Assembly: GCA_964199315.1 (NCBI GenBank)
Contig: OZ116709.1
Coordinates: forward strand, 3,100,001 to 3,164,000
DNA length: 64,000 nucleotides
Direction: 5' to 3'
Source: Orbicella franksi
Taxonomy: Eukaryota
The position numbers and the translations under genes were made by a program. Shown piece by piece: positions 38,903 to 51,300 of the stretch. The first letter of the stretch is position 1. Every line of letters begins with the position of its first letter. The notes under the pieces were generated by a model. The model was given only the letters and a program-made list of their open reading frames with translations. It was not told the origin of the DNA and ran no database searches.

Positions 38903-41841
38903 TTATTTGAACATCACCTCGTGCAAAAAAGTAAAACGCCAATTTGTTTCCTACCCGTAAAAAAATATCCGAAATAAAAAATTTAACCTCGCTTGTCTTA
39001 ATCAAATTTTGAACCAAACAAATCTTTCACCGAAAAATTTCAGTTGTTTCCAAACTCTTTTGCACGAGATGATGTTTCGGATAAAACCCTTTTTCAACCG
39101 ATCCTCATTTGTAACACAGGACAAATTAAACCAAAAACTGTCAAGACATTTTACCGTCGTAAACAATTTGTAACAACAGTTATGAAGTTTTGTAGTAATG
39201 CAGACAATTTAAACTGTTGTTTGCTAATTTACCCGTCTTAAACAATATGTAACAACAGTTGTTAAGTTTTGGAGTAATACATACAATTTCAACTGTTGTT
39301 TTAGCCAGGCGACATTCGCTTGTCATCTTACTCTCTTTGTTGATTTCGGGTTTTATTTCAATTTCAGCGACAACTTCAACAATTCAGAAATCAGTTCAAC
39401 GCGATTCAGTGTCTGATAATTTTTTAATTCGGTTTAACGAAATGTCCTGTGTTACAACGAGCGTCGGCAGTATAGGTCTTCATCCAGTTACAAATATATA
39501 TTTTCAACCAACTTATCATAAAACCCAAGTGCCTGATCAAAGAGACGCGATTATATTCTGCAAGTCAGTTTAATTTAACCCCACCCTTATTAAACTCGAA
39601 CATTTGATTGAAATAAATAAAGGTTATACGGACCACAATGAAAACAAAACCATTACATAGCGATAAAAATACGCCTTAGACATAACATAAAACCGGTTGA
39701 AATTTGCGAATCAATCTTGTTTATTCGCTCAGAAAGCACCTTCGCAAATTGCATTGTAATTTAAAATCATGAAGATGAACAAGACAATTGTGAAGCGAAG
39801 TTTATCACTGAAGGTTTTATTTTAACGTCATTTTTTTGACTAAGAAAAGCAAAGAAAAAGTAAAAAGAAGCATTCCAAAAGACTGGTGATTTGCAAACAA
39901 AATGAAAATAGAACTTTCCTTCTGCGGATTGGAAAATAATTCTAAGTCCTTTGCTTTAGCTATGTCTAGAATAAGAAAGCAATTTTAATTTTAAATCACG
40001 AAAATAAAGAAATTAAAACATTTGTGAAGCAAATTAATCAAAGCAGGTCTTTACATTCCACAAATTGAAAAGTTGATTATTTTCAAATCATCAGCTTCAT
40101 CTAGTTTGGTTTATAATTTTTTGGCCTGTATAATAAGACAACTGAAAATCTTGACTTTACTTGGACACCAAACCAGACAATCATACAACTGACTAGTAAC
40201 TGCAGATTGTTTCTATTTTCGAAAATCTGAACTGTTTTCGACACAAACAATACTTGACAAACTAATGCGATCAATTTGGTCGTTTTTTACTGTGTGTGAC
40301 TTTGTGGTTCGTACAACTCAAAAAGTGGAAATACTGACTTTATCTAGACCCCTTAACGTTACTAACATTCTCCGAGTCAGGCATTAGGGTTTTATAACAA
40401 CCACCCAAACATATGACAAGAGAATATAGGGATCTTTCACGTTTACGAAACGAAAACAAGCCAAAATGCAAACTACAGGTTTTTTGGGTTGCAAAAAAAT
40501 TCTTATTAATAAATAGTTTGAACCCTGCAGTAAAGTAGTTTTTAAAGTGTGTGAGTAGTTCTGCAGCCAAGTCAAAGTTGTTCGTGCAACTGTTTAGTAC
40601 GATTCCCCGTGGTATTTGTCGGCTGTTAAGTAATCAAGACTCACTTGATGTTTGTCACCAGTAATGGCATAATCCGTTGTTGACAGTTTTGATTCGTATA
40701 GCGAATCGTCGGCATTCGTATATGGTTAGAAAAATATCAGTTCGTTCGTTGGTTTAATTGAGGTTGCGAATAATTCGTTCGTAGCGTGACAGTAATTGTC
40801 TTAAGTTAGTGAATTGGCCTTTCAGAGTCGGTCGCTGCAAGTAATTTGTACTGTAATGATTTATGCATTGAGGAGAGAAGCAGTCAGTTTGTGATTAGAT
40901 GATGTTCAGCGAAGTAATTAGTGACATCATCGATTATTTGGCGTCGTACGTTAGTGTTAAGTCAGTCAGGGTTCCAACAGAAAAAAAATAAATTATGACA
41001 AAAAATTTATATCGAAAAAGCCCATATTCTCTTGTAAACTACAGTTGTACAGTTGATGCAACATCAACTGAAATTGTTAAATATAACAACGCATAAAGCA
41101 CCGACTGTTTTGCAGACATGACGAAAAGATCTTGAAAAAAAAAAACGCTAAACAATTAATCGAGAAACCCGTTTTTTCAAGAGCTAAATAATCGAATGAA
41201 TTATACAAATTTCATAAATATTTGAGATTCAAAAATTTGTCAAATTGAATCAAGAAGATTTCTTTAAGAATTTGCTCCGCGCGAGATGAATTAAATCGAA
41301 ATTATTCGCTATGCATGATGTCTGCAAAAGAATCGGCAAATGGTGGCTGATGTTTAAACCGTTTGAAATCAAAGAATTCTGTTCCATTTCGCAGATTCTG
41401 ATTTAAAAAAGAATCTGTTTTCTCCGTTCCAGACAATTAGTGTACAATTTTTAAGCCAAGAGTGATGTTCCCTTGCAAATTCAAGCAGTCTGTTCCATTT
41501 CCCAGATTCTAGTTTAAAAGGAATTTTTTTCCCTCCGTTCCAGACAATTAGTGAGTTTTCAGTACTTTCTTCTATTTTCCAGGCAATCAGTGTGCGATTA
41601 TTCCCTTGCAAACTTAGCCATAGTTCAACCACCATTTTTACTAGCTATCTGATAATTCCAAAGTTCTTATCTTTGAAGAATTCTTGCTTATTCAGTGAAT
41701 CAGTACAGTTTGTCCACGTCCCCATCTTCTTTACTCTCCTTTCCTCCATGCCAGAGTTAGTTTTCTCGAATTTCTGGAGACAGAATTGAAAAAAATCCCA
41801 GATTAGCAAATGCTGAAATATATTAAAGCTTCAACAGGCTC

Positions 41842-41842
<1 letters not shown>

Positions 41843-41872
<30 letters not shown>

Positions 41873-41890
41873 CTTATTTATTTATTTTTT
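41843..41890. repeat. (TATT)n microsatellite
   Basis: Read directly from the sequence. Confidence 0.85.
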
Positions 41891-44032
41891 ACTTATTACA
41901 GTGACTTTACAAATACTGGAGGTATGGTACAATAAAGCAATTACCAACTGTTACCTCTTAAAAATACCACTAGTAAGATATTTGAAAATCCAAATGGCTT
42001 CAATTTAATTTGTGGCCAGGTTAAAATTTCATTGCGCATTTTTGCCTTTGAACAGGTGAAAGGTTTCTTGTCCATTTAATTATTACAAAGCATAAGTATT
42101 TGCTGGAGTATCATTCAGAGTGGCCGCACTTGAAATATTGCAAATGAAAATTAAGATACCGCTTTGCTGTCCTGTTTCAAGACGGAGGGATGAGCGAGTG
42201 CACGTGTTCACTCGCTTGGGTGACAGTTTGGTACTCGTGTGGCTTTCTGAGCTAAATTACAGGGATGTTTTCCAAAAGCAATGCTTACCTTCGACTGGAA
42301 TAGAATGAGGACTTCTTTCCAAGCGTTAGGTCCTTCCAGCATCAAGCATCTTCTTCCTTCAGGAGTAAAATTGGCCCTCAGCCGGACGACACATCTTCAC
42401 TCATCAACGAACAATCTGAAATGTGCAAAACTATACGATTGCTATGAATATGGATTAGAAACTCAAGCCAATCGCTGACAAACACCGCACGGATCCGACG
42501 CGGGAATTTGTTTGCACGCTTTTTCTGCCAGCGAATCATAAACGACTAATAGAGAAAGAAGTCGCGTGTTTATGTATACAAGCTGCAAGAATTTGTTTGC
42601 AAGCATTCCAACTTGTTTTGCTGGCTATGTTGTTATAAATAAATTAAACTATTCTGAAAAATTTATTTTATTATATTTCCTGTCCCGCTTGAAACTAATC
42701 AGTGAAGAGAGACCTCAGAATAAACCTTTTCATAACTAACTTTTTACTCACAGCTCACAAGGTGGGATCAAAACGACTTCTCTGTAAAATAATTAAAACC
42801 AAAGTTAAGCCGATCTGAAATGTGCCCTGAGGTATATTGAAGGGAACAGTTTTTTCTCATGTAAATGGCTTCTGAGGATTTACATTATGAGTGATGACAA
42901 AAAATCTCTCAAAATCAAAACATTTTCGAATATCACAAGTACTGCTCGAGCTTTCATACGATTTCTCATTTATTACATGACTGAGAAAATCACAATAGCG
43001 GGCGAGTTAATTTGCACTGAAGTGAAAATTAACCATAAATTGGCCTGCTCTCAGCCCATCACAATGAAGTAATTCTCTCAGTCATAAGATTATGTTCGAA
43101 AACCACGGGCGAGTTTCGAAGGACTGGCCTCCCATGGAATACGATCACCTAAGCGTAAACCAACTTGGGGTTCAGGGGCCTTGCTCTCTCTTAAATACGT
43201 CGACTTTTAAGTTCTCTGAAATTTGAAATTAATAAGGGATAGTGCAAAACAACTGCAAACTTCAGGCTATGCCATTAACTGTATTTTGTTTAGTTTTTCC
43301 TATTGCTAGATCTAGCAATTTTGTCTCAACACGATTCATCTAACTATGGATAAAAGGGGTCTAAAAGGTATTTCAATCAAAAAAGGAAATCGAAAAATGC
43401 CGCAGATCAAAAGCTTGAGCCATCAAGTCAATGGATTCAAAGCATATTTGCCTTTTTTCATAGATGATTGTTCTCCGGACTTCTGAAATTAAGTCGATTT
43501 ATATGTTTTCTAGGACATTAACAACCAGTTTATTGAAACAACACTTGACATTCTTGTCTTTTGGAGTACAATCCTGAAAACCTGTCTGTATTTGAAAAGA
43601 AATGCTGAACAATTCTAAACTTAGCCCGAAGCAAAAAGACCTGTGGGTCAGTTGCGTTTGGCAGCCAATAATCCGTCCATGAATCCTGGCGAGACTCCCC
43701 TTCCTCCGTTCGCGCCCCGAAATGAACGTAGCACTAGTTATTGCTCTTTTCTGCGGATGATAGTTTGCATTTTCTAAGACAGAAAGAGCTCTTTGCAAAG
43801 GCAAATTTGAAATTTTTCCACTGTTTAATTTACTTTCAAATCAGATGACTTGTGTTTGGTACCGTCACGCAACCTTTCCTCCTCCCAGGTCCCCCGATGG
43901 GAGGAGTGCGCGACGAGGCATGGGTCTAGTCACGATCACATGATTTACGTGACGTGCTTATCACTAGACGCGAGGTGAAGAGGTCTTCTTGCTTTGATTG
44001 CGAGCTTTTCCGCTCAGCTAGCAGGAAAACAA

Positions 44033-45280
44033 ATGAGTTTGGAAACTTTTCCACCATCAAATATGACTTCTACATCAGACGAAAAAACACCCCTCACGCG
44101 ATCAGTTTCTGCTTCAGACGATGGTTTAGATAGAAGCAGAACTAGCTTAAGTGATAGTGGCCATCTTCAAAAACACTTCCCCACACGGAGACATCTTCCA
44201 TCACAAGTACCGGCGCAGAATTCCTTCTTTCCTTTGGTGTGTGTTCTTCTTACTGTTGTTCTCGAAAGATTAGTGTACTACGGTATTGTGGGAAATTTGC
44301 TAATCTTCCTGATAAACGAGACTAAGTTTAGTCAATCTATTTCTATTGGAATCGTTTTCATTTTCACTGCACTCTCTTGCCTCATGTCCACTGTTGGAGG
44401 GACTGTCGGAGACTCGTACAGTGGTCGTTATAACGCTGTATGGGGAAGTCTTCTTGTTTACATCGTGGGTGTTGGAATGATTTCCTCGTCAGCTTGTATC
44501 TTAGACAAGAAATCTGATAAAGAATATCGCCATCTTGCCCATGTTCTTTGCCTGGTTTCCTTGGTCATAATTTCCACTGGCGAAGGTGCATACAAGGCGA
44601 ATGTAACAGCTTTCGGAGGAGATCAATTAAGAGGGCAGGACGAGCAAAGATATCGGCGATTTTTCAACTGGTATTACTGGAGTATAAACATTGGTTCATT
44701 CCTCGGACTTTCTGTAATAGCATATGTCGAAATGGAGAAATTTGAAACGGGATTTGGCATTCTGTTTGGTTGCATTGTTTTGGCTGCTGTAATATTCTGC
44801 ATTTGTAAATCTCGTTATATAAGTCATCCCCCGACTGGACACATTTTGAAAAAGATATATAACATCATAAAAGAAGCAAAGCAGAAGAAATATGAAGAGG
44901 AAAATAATTCTATAAGGTAGGGAGGTTGTGGAGTATTTAGCTGAATCAAGGAGTGAATGGAGGGAGGGAGGAGTGTAACAACAGTATCAGGGCTTTCATT
45001 ACAGTGAGCCATCTTCAGCTCAGCCAGTCACTTTTGCCTCATTATTTTGTCTCAGATAATAGTTGAGCTCTGGCGGCCCTTTGCCCCATACCCATGTAGG
45101 AAAGAAAAGGAAACCCATGAATTGATTTTCTCATAGTTATCATGGCTAGTGGTATTGCTTGTGGGCATGTGTGCACAACCACGGCGGCGACAACGATGAC
45201 GGAGTTGTGCAAGATGGTGGCTGTATTCCAGCTAAAAGGTTGACAAAGACATATAGGATTTATAGCCTCCTTCTTTGATA

Positions 45281-45312
<32 letters not shown>

Positions 45313-48300
45313 ATCTGCTGGCCAGTATCACATGACCATATTGCGGGTTCAAATTTAGAGGTCAAGTGTTTTTTTTTAAGTTGACCGCTGACCAAATGCT
45401 GGTTTCATATTGGATTGCATGCTCATGTCAGGTTAACTTGTTGTAAATGGGGCCGGGTTGTTCAGAAGCCAGTTAAATGCTAACCCAGGATTAAAAGTTA
45501 ACAGAAGTATAAATATTTCTTGTATGCAAATGCTTTTCACTGCTTTTGTTTTGTGTATTTTGAGATTATTAAAACTCAAAACAGAAGGCCAAACAATATA
45601 CAGTAAACCTCACTGCAAAGTTACAAATTCAAATCAAAATTCTTGCTTAACCTGGCTTATCTTAATGGGACTTTGAACAAACCAGTCCAGGAGCTCCGCT
45701 TTTAGGCTTGGGTAAATCTACATATTATCCATACCCTTCCCTCGGAATGTTTGTTGGTTTTTAAACTCTAACCCCCCCTCCTGCCAACCTAAGGATATTC
45801 CTATTAAGTTTCAAACTTTCCTTTGGCTTTTGAAACCCCCCCTCCCTCAGAGGTTCCACTGAGCAGAGAAAGAAGGGAATCTCTGTCTCACAGTGTATTC
45901 CCTTGAGAAGACATTTCACTGTCACAGAATGACTTTTGGGCATTAAAATGCTGGCAGGAAGCTGTGTCAGGAACTGCCATCCCATCTAGGGAAGTAGCAA
46001 AAGAGACCTGAATTGACTATCAGCAGAAGATTATTGTTCACATTGTGTTCTTCAGGGACAGTAGCACCCGTTTTTATCCTGGCTTAGAGGAATATATGCC
46101 AATCAAAAGCTGGCTGGATCGTGCCATGATGAAATATGGTGGAAGTTATTTGGATACTGATGTAGAGGAAGTTAAAACAGTTTCCAAGATCATGGCCATT
46201 TTTGTAATCCTTATTCCTTATTGGGCAATATATTTTCAGGTAAGTAGTTCATTTGTAACTGGGAACACTACCAATACACTACAACACTACCAGCTTGCCC
46301 TTGGGACAAGTAGCTCTCAATTTCTTTTTTACCCAGGGCAAGTCCTAGTTTGCTCTTTTAATGATATCAGTGACAGACAACTTGCCTCATCAATTGCCCA
46401 TAGGGCAAGTGGGAATGAAAAGCTACTTACAGTACCCAGAGGGAACATCTACTTGTCCTGGACGACTGGACCACTTTTTTTGAGCCCTGAGCCGAGTTCT
46501 CTTTCTTTAAATACAGCTATCTTCAAGATTTCATTTATTGTACCTTTCAATAACAAACTCTGAAGTTTAAAACCTAACCATTGAGTACATCTATGCAATT
46601 ATTATTACGACACCAACCAAAAAACCCTGATAAAAAAAAGAAACAAACAAAGTGGACCAAATTCTACCAATTACAACCCACAGATGTCACCTTTTGAACC
46701 ACTTGAAAGTAAACTTCTGTTTCCTGAGAAGTCTCTTAAGATGAATGATGGCAGCAAAACACAGAACCATTGACTGAGCATAGTTTCAATGTTATTGAAA
46801 GGTGCAGTAAACCACCATATGATTCTCACAGTGTACAGCAGTCATTGAAATAACAATTTTGTAAAACTAGTTGAAACTTCCAGAAAGAGACACTTTTGGA
46901 AGGTGTTAGATTATACTCTTTTTGTTTGGTTGCATGCCTAATGAACGTCTAACTGGTACAAGCTAATAGTTTTCAGTCTTAGTTTTCATTCTTGTTGGTT
47001 TTTAACTATATTATATAGTTAATTATATTGTCAGGCTTTTTAATAGTTCATTAGAAAATAGTAGGTTATTAATTATACTAAGTGTGCCCAATTAGTAGAG
47101 GCTGGATATAAAGACACGTCAATAAAGTTTATGTATGTATGCCTAACTTCTGTATACCACCCTGTGTCATTCTTACGATGGCCCAGAAGGCTCACAGTTC
47201 AGTTGTGAATTTTCACAGTTCAGTTGTGATTTTTCACAGTTCAGTTGTGAATTTTCACAGTTCAGTTGTGATTTTTGAAACAGTTCAGTTGTGATTTTTC
47301 ACAGTTCAGGTGTGAGTTTTTTGAAAAACGTTCAGTTGCGATTCTCCGCACAGTTCAATTCTGACCTTTTGGAACAGAAGCTCCACCCTTGGCACTTCAT
47401 CCATCATATCCGGGCTAAACCCTAAGCCCAACTTTGTCTGGCACATTGATGGCTGTGACAAACTGAAACCTTATGGATTCTGTGTGCATGGAGCCATCGA
47501 TGGATTTTCAAGGAGGCTAATTTGGCTTGAGGTTGGTCCCACAAATAACAACCCTGAAGTTATCACTAAATTTTACCTTGATACTGTAAAACAAATCGGT
47601 GGTTTACCGAGAAAAGTGAGATCAGACGACGGAACTGAGAACAGCATGGTTGCTGCAATACATACATTTCTGAGGTCGAGCCACAGTGATGAGGATGCAG
47701 GCCTTGGGTGTTTTCTCACTGGCAGGTCCACAGCAAATCAGAGGATTGAAGCCTATTGGTCACATCTAGCTAAGGATGGTCCTGGTTGGTGGATTAATTT
47801 TTTTAAAGATCTGCACGACTTGGATCTATTTATTGACTCAGATCCAGTTCATGTTGACTGCATTCGATTTTGCTTCATGTCTATTCTAAGAAATGAGCTA
47901 CATCAAGTGGCGGAATTGTGGAATCAACCCAGAATATCGTCAAGCAAATTTGGAAACAGCAGTGGTCCTCGGGGACGACCTGATTGCATGTTTTTTCTAC
48001 CTCACCTTTACAATACAGATGACTATACAACGGATGTAGACGAAGATGACCTTCAGGAGTTCTATGATCACTCCACAATGTGCCCACCTGACTACAGTGA
48101 GGATTTCAAGGAATTTGCTCTGACTATTATGAATGAATATGACCTTCCAGAGCCACACAATGTTAGCTCTGCTCTTGATCTCTATATGAGACTCCTCAAA
48201 GAGGTGGAAAAGTTAACATAATTTTTCTCAAAGCATATCCTTCGAATGTGTTCTTCCACAGTTTTGTAACCAAAAACACAAGCTATTGCCAAATTTCAAA

Positions 48301-51300
48301 TTGCACCTGTATGTATGAACATTGATTTTCATTATCCCACCCTCTCACTGAGAATGTAGAGTCCTTAATGGGATATCTTAGAAGGGAAGACAAGGCAACA
48401 TCAAAAATTATCTTCCATCTTACGCTGCAGGGATGGTATTTGATACACTTTTTTAAACTGAGACCTAGATGTGTTTAGTGTCATGGTTTTCACAAAAACA
48501 GGAAGAAAACCAATACTAGTAAAATAATCTTCTAGCAGTTTGCCTGGTCTTTAAGCAGCCAACCTGTAATAAGCACTGGGGGGAAATGAGGACATAAATT
48601 CCATATAATAATAACCATTTTATTTAGCAAATGACAAGTGTGTTTTTGTCTACATGTAAGCCACTCTAAATGTTAAGAACCAGAAACGCTAAATACATAC
48701 ATAACTGGGTTGATGTGTGAACTGGAATTGACAAAAGCTAGAACTCAAACACTTATTATGTCAACAACTTAAAGTAAACTTTGACAATTAAACAAATTGT
48801 CTGGGATCTTAACAAAATGTTCAGTGCATGCTACTTTCCCTAGCCTGAAATCTCAGCATTTTAAAATTTTTCTTGCACGGTCACCTCCTCCTAAGACCTC
48901 TTATGGTCTACCCTGAAATCAGAACTTCATACCTAAAGTACAACAGACTAACACAACATTCTGCCCAGCTTGAAAACACGGCTGACACAGACCTCTGGTT
49001 CTGAGGCTGCCTTAGTTAAAACTACAACAGTACTTAGTTGAGAACACACAAAAATAATGTAGATTTTAGGTCATTTCAGACACCAATTTTGTGCATTCCA
49101 ATTAAATAGCCTGTTATTTACAGGGCGTGATTCAACCCTTCGACAGTTAGTTTGTAACAGAAAAACATCAATCAAAAACCTGGGCCAATAGAGTTTCTTT
49201 CATATAATATCCATTTCCCAGTTGTCCTGATTAAGAATGTTCATGAAGTCTTCCCTTAATTCCACAAAGTTAGCATATGTGGATGGAATTTCCAAAAGGG
49301 GTCCAGAGGTGTGGGCAATGGGTCTTACACTCAAGCCCTCGCACTTAATGAAAGTAACTTCTATCTTCTTGTCAATCATAATATCCATAGCTGTTGTAAA
49401 TCGCAAAAACTGTAGGAGTTTTGGTATCTCCAGACTCCTTACAAATCGCTGCAAAAATTTGAATGCATCTCTCTCTCCTTCACTTTGTGGATTTGAGGTG
49501 AGACAAGATAGCACCTTTTTCGTTGTAAGTTTAAGACTATCATAGAAGCCCTCAACTGCTGAAATAGTTTGGAACTGGGGATACTGCTTCAACTGCTGTA
49601 CAAAAGGTTACAAAGATGAAATCATGAGATGTGGTTTCTGAACTAGTTCCTGCTTGGAAATTTCAAGAATGACTTGGCTAAGGTTTTCAGTGGTAACCAC
49701 CCTTCTACACTTGAATCTTTCAAGAAAATCAGTAAATTCATCTTCATCATCTGGAGGCTGATTCTTCCTTATAATATCTACAATGAACTCTTCCTCTACT
49801 GGGGATAGGTATTTCGTAAATGAATCAACAAACATGGAATCTGGAACTTGGTTGCCAAAGATGCAGTAGCATAAAAAAGCCTTTGACAAAAAGGTAGGAA
49901 AATAAGAGACAGACACAAACCCTTTAACTAAAATTCTCCCCACAGCCTCCCACTCCTCAACAAAGTGGTCATGTTTAACAAAGGGAACTCTTTCTCTCTC
50001 TCCTATAGTCATGGAGATGGAAAATTCACTCCAGAATAAAGTGTACACTTCACAAATTACCCCAACACCCACACCTTGTTCAAACTCTCCCTTTTCATTA
50101 ATCACTTTAAAATCAATATTACAGTTCATTACACTTGGGTCTTTAAAATGTTCAATCAATTCAGTTCTTATGCATGATCTGTGAACTGTGAGAACTCTCT
50201 CTGGAAGATCTCTTGATGAAGAGGGACATGGAGAATCCTGCTCTACAGAGCCTTCATCACAACTACAATTCTCTTCATTTGTAAGCCTTGGGTAACTGGT
50301 TTCATCAGCCACATTGCTATGCGATCCTTCTGCCTCGGTTTCAGCCACACCATTTGAAAGTGATGCTACCCGCCTAGATCTTATTTCATCCATAGTTAGT
50401 AAAACTGGGTTTTCTGGTGTTTCTGGGGTTTCTGTAGTACATGGATTCCCCCCATCAGCGATCCTAGAAAACTCATATTCTCTGTTCTGCATTCTTCACC
50501 TTCCAAATACGTACAGCTACATACTGAACAAACAACGCACTTACCAGCACCTGATGCTACCTGCGAAGTATTCAGGTTGACTGACCGTTCAAAATTTTCC
50601 TCCTCTGCTTTAAGTTGTGAAAAGAATGTGTCTTGGTGCTGTGATCTTAGATAGAGGTAAGTTGTCGACGGATAGAGACCATTTTCCTTTAAATAACTTT
50701 CAATAGTTCCTTCACCAGGAAATCGAATAATGGCCGTTTGGGTTGTGTCGCAGATATCTAGGAGCATGTCGTCAACAGAGCCTGCGAAAGCACTTTTCCT
50801 GTTAGGGAAAAACAAAGTAGTGGCTTTTTGCTTAAGTTCTTCAACTGTGGGAGGTTCCGACGCAGTATAAGCAACGAACCAATTTCCACCACCATTCTTC
50901 TGACGAACTGGAACAAAAACTTCTGACTTCTTGTCGTAATGAATCCAGTGAACTGGGATTCGATGTTCTTTATCGGTCTTTCTTTTCTTCCCTCTTGACT
51001 GACCTCTGATGCGGTCGAGCAATCCAGACAGTCGGCTTACCGTTCGTTGATTTGGTTCACTGGTCGCTGCTTTAGAACTTGTAGAGGCAGATTCACCCTG
51101 ACGTCTTATTTCCTCTCGGACAGTTTGCCAAGCACTGCCAAACACAAACTAGAGGACAACTTTGCCGCCTTTCAAAATGGCGGGAGAAAAACACTTGCCT
51201 GTCTCAGTTCCCGTATGTTAAGTTGCAGTCTTTTTCGTCCAACCGGAAAATCACAACTGAACTGTTTCAAAAATCACAACTGAACTGTGAAAAATCACAA

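Noticed and set aside
47190-47365. CRISPR-like array (also 51251-51400)
   Set aside because: The repeats abut with only short T/A linkers, have no unique spacers, mirror each other at the two ends of a TIR element, and there are no cas genes.
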